A stretch of 64,000 bases of DNA from Macrostomum lignano. Its lineage: Eukaryota. The position numbers and the translations under genes are program-made. Where the stretch lies: contig NIVC01003647.1 of assembly GCA_002269645.1 (NCBI GenBank), forward strand, positions 21,835-85,834, in the 5' to 3' direction. Below the pieces are notes generated by a model. It saw only the letters and a list, made by a program, of their open reading frames with translations, did not search any database and was not told the DNA's origin. Below are positions 56,133-64,000 of this stretch, in pieces; positions within the stretch are counted from its first letter, which is position 1; the number at the start of each line of letters is the position of its first letter.

Positions 56133-56528
56133 TAAGCCCTATGACGCTTCTATGAATTTTTCATGACGCTTTTAGGATTGTTTACATGACGCTTCTATGA
56201 TTTTTTCATGACGCTTCTATGATTTTTTCATGACGCTTTTAGGATTGTTTACATGACGCTTCTATGATTTTTTCATGACGCTTCTATGATTGTTTACAAG
56301 ACGCTTCTATGATTTTTTCATGACGCTGTTAGGATTGTTTACATGACGCTTCTATGATTGTTTACATGACGCTTCTATGATTTTTTCATGACGCTTCTAT
56401 GATTGTTTACATGACGCTTCTATGATTTTTTCATGACGCTGTTAGGATTGTTTACATGACGCTTCTATGATTGTTTACATGACGCTTCTATGATTTTTCA
56501 TGACGCTTCTATGATTTTTTCATGACGC
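56133..56528. repeat. Minisatellite ATGACGCTT(CTAT/TTAG)GATT(TTTTC/GTTTAC) inside the Helitron
   Basis: About 17 units of 22-23 bp. Confidence 0.92.
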
Positions 56529-57756
56529 TCGTTGAAATACACAAGCTGCTCTTCAGACTTGTGCACGCAGAGTCTGATGACCGCCGGGTACCTGTTGTGC
56601 ACCTGGGTGTTAAGATGTTAAGGATCGTGTCAACTGGCACTGCCTTTGAGCCGCTTGCCATTGGCCTGGGACACTCTGCACCTGAAGAAGCTTGCAGAGA
56701 CGGTCGAAGTCTGAGCGACTCGTAGTGCTCGTGACTCAAGAGCACACGCACAGTGGCATTGGGAGGCTGCTTGTCACACTTGAAATATTGCAGCACATTA
56801 CCATTGGACTGGTAAATCACCAGGTCCATGTCAAAGCAGCTACTAAACAGAGCTGCCACTTCGTCTGAAATATAAACCCCTTCCTGAAAGGAGGAATTCG
56901 CAATCTCATCGGCGCAATCAGGCGCGATGATGCCATTCGCGACCAACTGTGGCAAAAGTTCAACTGCACGACAGGCCAACTCGTGCCGAAGGGTAGCGGC
57001 ATCGGTTTCATGCGGTGTGCCACGTAGCTGGTCGCACACGGCATGAAAAAAGCAGTTGCCATCGCCAATGGTGGTATTGACCTGCAACTGACTAAAGGGC
57101 ACAATAGATTCGACACAAGGTAACCTGGTGACAGATTCACCGCGCCGACAATCAGCCTGTCTCTGCCGCTGCTCTTCCAGACGGGCAATCCGCTCAGCCT
57201 CGTCCTCAGCAGCGCGAAACTCAGCCTGTCTCTGCCGCTGTTCCTCCAGACGGGCAATCCGCTCAGCCTCGTCTTCAGCAGCGCGAAACAAAGCCTGTCT
57301 CTGCCGCTGTTCCTCCAGACGGGCAATCCGCTCAGCCTCGTCTTCAGCAACGCGACACTCAGCCTGTCTCTGCCGCTGTTCCTCCAGACGGGCAATCCGC
57401 TCAGCCTCGTCCTCAGCAGCGCGAAACTCAGCCTGTCTCTGCCGCTGTTCCTCCAGACGGGCAATCCGCTCAGCCTCGTCTTCAGCAACGCGACACTCAG
57501 CCTGTCTCTGCCGCTGTTCCTCCAGACGGGCAATCCGCTCAGCCTCGTCTTCAGCAACGCGACATTCAGCCTGTCTCTGCCGCTGTTCCTCCAGACGGGC
57601 AAACCGCTCAGCCTCGTCTTCAACAGCGCGGCGCTCGGCGTCTCGCCGCCGCTGCTCTTCCAGACGGGCATCGCGCTCTCCAGCAGACTCGGCCAGTCGT
57701 CTTTTCTTTGCGTCACGGCTTCTCTTCAAATGGCTTGCGCCACGGCGCACCATCAT
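56509..57756 (-). CDS. Helitron-encoded protein: 23-aa charged helical repeats plus OTU-like cysteine protease (RepHel core deleted)
   Basis: True ATG at 57756, same sense as the element. About 8 x 69-bp repeats (AEDEAERIARLEEQRQRQAECRV). OTU motifs GDGNCFFHAV and SHEHYESL. Stop lies in the minisatellite. Confidence 0.8.
   Translation of the reverse strand: MMVRRGASHLKRSRDAKKRRLAESAGERDARLEEQRRRDAERRAVEDEAERFARLEEQRQRQAECRVAEDEAERIARLEEQRQRQAECRVAEDEAERIARLEEQRQRQAEFRAAEDEAERIARLEEQRQRQAECRVAEDEAERIARLEEQRQRQALFRAAEDEAERIARLEEQRQRQAEFRAAEDEAERIARLEEQRQRQADCRRGESVTRLPCVESIVPFSQLQVNTTIGDGNCFFHAVCDQLRGTPHETDAATLRHELACRAVELLPQLVANGIIAPDCADEIANSSFQEGVYISDEVAALFSSCFDMDLVIYQSNGNVLQYFKCDKQPPNATVRVLLSHEHYESLRLRPSLQASSGAECPRPMASGSKAVPVDTILNILTPRCTTGTRRSSDSACTSLKSSLCISTSVMKKS
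56529..56605 (-). pseudogene. Helitron Rep-domain C-terminal motif remnant (out of frame with the OTU ORF)
   Basis: Alternate frame reads QVHNRYPAVIRLCVHKSEEQLVYFNE, matching the recalled RepHel motif H-x-R-x-P-x-V-x-RL-x-VH..Q-x-V-x-F. Confidence 0.65.
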
Positions 57757-60077
57757 ACAGTGGGGCTAAATAGATAAAGCACTATTAGAGGGTTCAAAAA
57801 CCAAAGAAAAGAAAGAAGGAAAGGAAGCAGTGGGCTACATAAAAACCAAGCAGCCTACAGCTATTAGCATTATAATCTATGGCCAAAACCGTTTGCAAGC
57901 TCTCACTGCCGAAAAAATACATTAGCGAGATGGGCAAAAACCTGTTTTCTGACAATTGAGAGGCCTCTTTAATTTGGATAGCTTATTAAAAATACGTGTA
58001 CCGATTCCGGACAATTTGCCATCTAATGGTGCAAAAACGGAGAAAATCGGTCATTCCGTTCGCAAGATTTTCTGTTACAAGCAAACAAACAAACAAACAA
58101 ACTCAACTTTAGTATATAAGATTGTGTCTGTTCTTGAGCCCCAAACCTTATTGGGCCGTATACTGAAAGCTCTGTCTATAGTAGTCCTCTTGAAAAACGA
58201 GCCCAGACTTGGATTTGGTATGCAGACACGCGAAGTCATAGATCTTCCATAGACGAAACTACATATGTAGCTAGTAGGCTCAGTCTTGGCCAGGGGTCGG
58301 CAAACTCCGGCCCGCCCTTGAAGCCTCTCTATCCGCCCCTCGGGTCCTTTGAAGCTTCCCCATTAGCAATCCGGTTTCCGATTAGCACAAGGTTTAATTT
58401 TGTGTCTCTTGCTCAGCTCTTTCTTTTCTCTCCTTCCCTCTCCCTTCTTTTCTCTCCTTCCCCTCTCACGTCTCGTCTCCTCTTTTGTCTTTTCTTCCAT
58501 CCCATCTCTCGCCTCTTCTCTCTTTTCTTTCTTCTATTCCCTCCCTTTCCACTCTCATTTAAGTTTGCCCAACCTCTGGTCCAGGCCAGCCTAATCGAGT
58601 CTTACTTTGGCAAGCATAAGTTGTGAAGCACATGTGCTAGTCAGAAGCACACTTTATTATTCCTGCGTCTTGCTCGGGTGCTCTCCATAGCGCTCGATAT
58701 TCTCTGACTGAATCTTTCCTCTTTAAGAAATGTATCAACTTGGACGATAGACAAAAGCGAATCCGAATCCCTTAAAAATGGTGCCTAAGTTGGGCGCTCA
58801 GGCTAGCCAAGGAGCTCTATAATTAGCATCTGGAGTGGAAACAAGTTTTTCACTTTTACCTCACGAGGCCACGCAAATTAAGATAATTTTCACCGCATGG
58901 AGCCACTGCATGTCTGACTCTGTCTATGCCACTCGCAAAAGACTAAATTACTCGTAGGTTTACAAACTGCGTGGCCTAGAGGTAAAGTGAAAAACTAGTT
59001 TCCACTCCAGATGCTAATTATAGAGCTCCTCGGTCTAGCCTTCCTATTTTAAGGGTCGCCATCATACAGATAAAAACGAAAAATCCCAACTCCGAAAGCA
59101 CTTCCTATCATAAATCCGAAAAATCATAAACCCGAAATATCACAAACCCGAAAAATCACAACTCCGAAAACCAAAATAGTGTTGGACACTGCTAGGACTT
59201 TCGGGTTTATGATGGGCAATGCTATTTTTGTTTTCGGGAGATACGATACTTCGGGTTTGTGATTTTTCGGGTTTATGATGTGCGTTGCTAGCAATTTCGG
59301 AGTTATGATATTTCGAATTAATGATATTATTTCGGGTTTGTGATATTTCAGGCTTATGATGGAAAGCGCTTTTCGGAGAGTTGTGATTTTTCGGGTTTGT
59401 GATGCCCCCTCGATTTTAAGACCAAAGACTTAACTTGAGCTGTCTGCATATGGGCCATTGAGTCAGATTCAATTGAGGCAAATTGAAAGGCGAGCAGACG
59501 ATTTATATAAAAAGTAACGAAGAATTTGTTTGCAGATAGAACTTTACTTGCGCAGTCGGCGCAAAACAGCGGCACAATTGAATATTTTATTAATATTTTT
59601 CACCGAGACTTTAACAAAGCCGTCACTCTGCACAGAAGCATTAGAAAAGCTGCAAATGATGTTGGAACCAAAGTAAAAAGAGCCTATTGTTGTTACGTCA
59701 AACTGATGAGAAATTCTGAATAATTAATATTTTATATTATTAGTTGGTATTAAACGCCGTCGAGTTAATAAATAGTAATAAATAATATTAATTACTCCGT
59801 ACACTGCTGATATCATCTGAACTGCGCAAAACTCTCAAATACCGGGCAAATTTTCAATTCTGCAGTTAAAGATTGCCGAGCAAGCCACTGACCGGAGTAA
59901 AAAATACGCAGTATTACTAAGAAAACTCGAATATATAAAATTGTGATTACTAGCATGCTGGCGTCAAAACGGGGAACCAGTTACAGTCTGTCAGGTCAGT
60001 GGCGCGCACAGGCTAAATGCAGTCACGGAGACGGATTTGCCCCCGCACCAGCGCGCCCTCCGATCGAAGCTGCAGCC

Positions 60078-62817
60078 TTAGTCGACCTCCTCCATCTTGG
60101 CGTCGTCGGCGTTGGCATCGCCGCCGACCTCAGTTGGCATGGAAGACGAGGACTCGCCGGCGGCGGCGTCAGGGACGTCGTCCTCCTCGATGCCGAGGCC
60201 CAGCTTGATCATGCGGTGGATGCGGGTGGCGTGCACCTGCGGGTCCTCCAGGGCGAAGCCAGACGACAGCAGGGCGGTCTCGTACAGCAGCTGCACCAGG
60301 TCCTTCACCGACTTGTCGTTCTTGTCGGCCTCGGTGCGCTGCCTCAGCATCCCGCAGATGGAGTGGTCGGGTTGATCTCCAGGTGCTTCTTGGCCGCCAT
60401 GTAGCCCATGGTTGAGGAGTCGCGCAGAGCCTGGCAATGGGAGGCGGGGCATGGGGGAGCGGTTTATAATCTATCAGTTTCCGGCTACAAAAACTGGTAA
60501 AATCCGAGTCACAGCAGCAAATTGCCGGCTCACCTGCGCCTTCATGATGCGCTCCATGTTGGCGGACCAGCCGTACTGCGACGTGACGATGCAGCAGGGC
60601 GAGTCAACCAGCCGGTTGGACACGACCACCTTCTCGACCTTCTTGTCCAGGATGTCCTTCATGACCTTGCACAGCGGCTCAAAGGAGGCCTTCTTCTCCT
60701 CGAAGGCCTTCTTTTCGTCCTCGTCCTCAGGCAGCTCGAGGCCCTCCTTGGTGACGCAGACGAGCTTCTTGCCGTCGTACTCGCGCAGCTGCTGGGTGGC
60801 GTACTCGTCGATGGGATCGGTCATGTACAGCACCTCCAGGCCGCGCTTGCGCAGACGCTCAACAAAGGCGGAATGGGCGACCGCTTCCTTCGACTCGCCG
60901 GTGATGTAGTAGATGTCCTTCTGGTTCTCCTTCATGCGGCTGACGTAGTCCTTCAGGCTGGTCCAGTCGTCGCCGGAGCTGGTGGAGTAGTAGCGCAGGT
61001 AGTCGGCCAGCTTCTTGCGGTTGGTGCTGTCCTCGTGGATGCCCAGCTTCAGGTTCTTGCCGAACTGCTCGTAGAACTTCTTGAAGTTCTCCTTGTCCTC
61101 GGCGATGTCGTCGAACAGCTCCATGCACTTCTTCACGAGGTTCTTGCGGATGACCTTGAGAATCTTGTTCTGCTGCAGCATCTCACGGCTGATGTTCAGC
61201 GGCAGATCTTCGCTGTCCACGACGCCCTTGATGAAGTTCAGGTACTCGGGGATCAGCTCCTCGCAGTTGTCCATGATAAAGACGCGACGCACGTACAGCT
61301 TGATGTTGTTGCGCTTTTCGGTTCTCGAAGAGGTCGAACGGCGCGCGCTTCGGCCACACAACAGAAGAGCACGGAACTCGAGCTGACCTTCAACGCTGAA
61401 GTGCTTCACAGCCAGGTGCTCCTCCAGTCATTAGTCAGGGACTTGTAGAACTCGCCAGGGACTTGTAGAACTCGCCATACTCCTCCTGAGTGATGTCGTC
61501 CTGGTTCCTGGTCCAGATAGGCTTTGTCTTGTTCAGCTCCTCCTCGTCAATGTACTTCTCCTTGATCTTCTTTTTCTTCTTCTTGTCGCCTTTCTCATCT
61601 TCATCATTGTCATCCAAATCATCCTCGACCTTTGGCTTCTCCTTCTCGGCATCTTCACCGTCTTCTTTCTTCTCTTCCTTTTCTTCCTCAGCTTCGTCAT
61701 CGCTGACCTGTGAATAAAGACAAAGTTAGTGTATTAAATTTAATCAGTTGTTTAAATTAAATTATTGAAGACTGATTTTGATTTTTGAGTTAAAACAAAC
61801 TGGCTATAAAAATATATGAATTTTGCCATCTATCTTGCTGCCATTATATATACAAGTGTCTAGATTACTAGAATAAATGTAATATACAATATTATTACTA
61901 ATAGTAATATAGGAATATAAATTTTTTAATAGTAGTAAAAACTTATAAAAATGAAAAGCACTAACTAAAACAAATTAACATATAACACAATAAAACTAAA
62001 GCCTAAAGGCGTAAATTTTTCTAATAATAATATTCTATAGAAATTATATATTTATAATATTATATTTCATTGATATAATAACAACAAAAATTGCAGACTA
62101 GCTGTAGAACTAGGGGCCTATAATTAAAAATAATAAATTAACCACATCATAGAAGAATCTTACCTCCTTTTCCCGCTCCTTCTCCAGAACAAGCTTGATA
62201 GGATAACCAATGAACTGAGAGTGCTTCTTGATGACCTCCTTGACCTTCTTCTCTTCGATGTACTCGGTTTGATCCTCTTTCAGGTACAGAACGATCTTGG
62301 TGCCGCGTCCAATGGGCTCGCCATGGTCCGGCCGGACGGTGAAGCTGCCGCCAGCAGACGACTCCCAGACGTATTGCTCGTCGTCATTGTGCTTGGACGT
62401 AACAACAACACGGTCAGCTACAAGGTAGGCAGAATAGAAGCCAACACCGAACTGACCAATCATGCTGATATCAGCGCCAGCCTGCAGCGCCTCCATGAAG
62501 GCCTTGGTGCCAGAGCGAGCGATGGTACCAAGGTTGTTGACCAGATCGGCCTTGGTCATACCGATGCCACTGTCGATGATGGTCAGAGAATTGTCGCTCT
62601 TGTTAGGGATGATCTTGATTTCCAGATCGCGTCCGCTATCCAGAACCGACGAATCCGTGAGGCTCTGGTAGCGAATCTTGTCAATAGCATCGCTAGCGTT
62701 GGAAATGAGCTCACGAAGGAAGATTTCCTTGTTAGAATAGAAAGTGTTGATGATCAAGCTCATTAACTGAGCAATCTCGGCCTGGAAGGCGAAAGTCTCA
62801 ACCTCGGTGTCAGCCAT
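60078..62817 (-). CDS. hsp90: Cytosolic Hsp90 (HSP90A/Hsp83), 3 coding exons (62817-62164, 61707-60534, 60430-60078); ~720 aa once indels are corrected; frameshifted as given
   Basis: [50 protein letters not shown], charged linker, [16 protein letters not shown]; GT-AG introns in phase 0. Indels at ~61437-61476 (+20), ~61424 (-1), ~61355 (+2), ~61318 (-2), ~60368 (-1). Confidence 0.95.
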
Positions 62818-62945
62818 TCTGTTGTCTCTGCAGCTTCTGATACGGTTTTAATATTAAATACAAATGCTAACGCTTGAGTGCGCACTGTGAATAGCTTCAG
62901 AGTAAGAATTTCAGTGAGGCTCCGAGCGGGCCGCGAATTGGCTGC

Positions 62946-62952
62946 TTATATA
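62946..62952 (-). promoter_or_regulatory. TATA box of hsp90
   Basis: TATATAA on the minus strand ~130 bp upstream of the ATG and just downstream of the HSE array. Confidence 0.8.
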
Positions 62953-62992
62953 GCTTTGGTGCGGGCTTGGAAATCCATGGATTCTCTTTTTA

Positions 62993-63024
62993 TTCTAGAA
63001 TATTCTAGAATCAGAATTCTAGAA
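62993..63024. promoter_or_regulatory. Heat-shock element array
   Basis: TTCTAGAATATTCTAGAATCAGAATTCTAGAA: three TTCnnGAA palindromes, the first two forming a perfect 4-unit nTTCnnGAAnnTTCnnGAAn HSF site ~40 bp upstream of TATA. Confidence 0.9.
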
Positions 63025-63104
63025 GGGAAACCCGCTGGTTTTCTATTTTTAGACTGGCTTTCTCTGCGATACGCCGGGCTGTGCTCGGTGAAGTAGTCTA
63101 TTTT

Positions 63105-63216
63105 TAGACCCGCCCGCCTGCCTTTTCCTTACCTCCTGCACCCCCTCCGCCCGTTTCCTGGGCGCCGGGCGGCAGTGACTCACAACACAATCATCCCATG
63201 ATTATGGCAGATTGGC
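63105..63216. promoter_or_regulatory. GC boxes and CCAAT box upstream of hsp90
   Basis: CCCGCCC (63109), CTCCGCCC (~63145), ATTGG (~63210). Confidence 0.45.
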
Positions 63217-63518
63217 AGTTGAAGCATAAAGGCCTTGTCTCAGTTTAGTCTCGTATTATTATTTCCTTGATGTAAAAATTATACACTTACAGTAAGTATA
63301 GCCATTTTTTAGCTTTTTAAAGAAGACATTCAATTATGAAATCTTACAACACAAGGCAAACAAAGTTCGACGTTTTCCATTACAAGATTTACTAATGTTT
63401 TTGTACATGCCTTTCTCAGCTCTAATAGTCTTTCGAACCATCCTATACGATATAATAATAGTAACGCTGGGTGGGGGAGGGGGGGGTGGGGGCAGCGATT
63501 ATAACAGATTCATACGGC

Positions 63519-63588
63519 CAGGGGCGAATCTAGGATTTTCGTCCCGGAAGGGTCAGCTGACCCCTTTACTCCCCTGGATCCGCAACTG
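63519..63588. mobile_element. Tiny TIR element
   Basis: CAGGGGCGAATCTAGG / CCTGGATCCGCAACTG imperfect inverted ends; no TSD match. Confidence 0.4.
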
Positions 63589-64000
63589 AGAAAAGTTCTG
63601 CTCTTCCTCGAAATTTGACACAGGTAATTGTATTTTTCTCAATGTTCCATTCGGAATGCGGATCATGACCCTCTGGGAGGGTTCTAGGGAATAATACAAT
63701 CCCGGAATCCTGAAAAGGCTCAAATCCCGGAATTCGAAAATCCTGGGATTGACCATCGGGATCCCAAACCCGCTTTGCAATAATTCAATCATTCATTCTC
63801 GAGTAGTAGTATCTGCAGCTGAGATACTTTAGCAGGCGCGTCGCCACCAGGGGGACAGGGGGGACATGTCCCCTTCAGTAAAAGCTATGGGGGGGGCACG
63901 CCATGCTTTGTCCCCCACCCCATCTTGTGACCCGTTGTGGTAATCAATAATTTGCCGCAAGCGCCAAAATGAGTGCCTGCGGCCGCAAAAGAATGCCTGC

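Larger units (their letters stand above)
55535..58121 (-). mobile_element. Internally deleted Helitron (2587 bp)
   Basis: On the minus strand it starts TCTTATATAC (58121) and ends CTAG (55535), with a CCCC-loop-GGGG hairpin ~12-25 nt before the end. Inserted between A and T with no duplication; empty site TAAGA|TTGTA at 41815/6 and 48581/2. (CAAA)n near the 5' end as in Lep1-type Helitrons; contains a Rep-domain remnant. Confidence 0.93.
51385..60902. repeat. Tandem segmental duplication, copy 3 (contains the Helitron; continues into the full-length Hsp90)
   Basis: Collinear with copies 1 and 2 apart from the 2587-bp insertion and minisatellite length changes. Confidence 0.95.

Noticed and set aside
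60522-62766. Long plus-strand ORFs opposite Hsp90 (308 aa, 181 aa; the NAD-GDH-like antisense phenomenon)
   Set aside because: Shadow frames caused by codon bias of a highly expressed gene.
62818-62920. 5' UTR intron just before the hsp90 ATG
   Set aside because: A CAG lies ~10 nt before the ATG but no convincing donor is present within the ~100-nt leader.

Overview
Repeat-rich eukaryotic (animal) genomic DNA. The minisatellite-stuffed introns, GC-rich Gln/Gly-rich exons and TTAGGG repeat resemble the flatworm Macrostomum lignano, but the organism is an inference. There are two convergent genes. (1) On +, a multi-exon receptor with 4 Ig domains, a Pro-rich linker, 2 FN3 domains, a TM helix and a ~620-aa low-complexity tail; it is Ihog/Boi/CDON/BOC-like, with exons traced from 22874 to 38328 and the signal-peptide exon not found. 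(2) On -, a cytosolic Hsp90 (62817-60078) with TATA box and heat-shock elements, carrying several frameshifts in this sequence. The ~6.8-kb segment spanning the 3' ends of both genes is triplicated head-to-tail (37761-44618, 44619-51384, 51385-60902). This creates two identical chimeric junctions (Hsp90 exon 2 antisense fused to the receptor's last exon) and two promoterless, frame-intact Hsp90 C-terminal fragments. The third copy holds a 2.6-kb internally deleted Helitron with an intact-looking OTU protease ORF and an internal telomeric tract; its empty site is visible in the other two copies. The first 8 kb is a cluster of DNA transposons (hAT and MULE-like elements with TSDs, plus a fossil probable Chapaev3-type transposase). 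About 20 minisatellite arrays generate almost all of the long spurious ORFs, and several have units that mimic splice sites.
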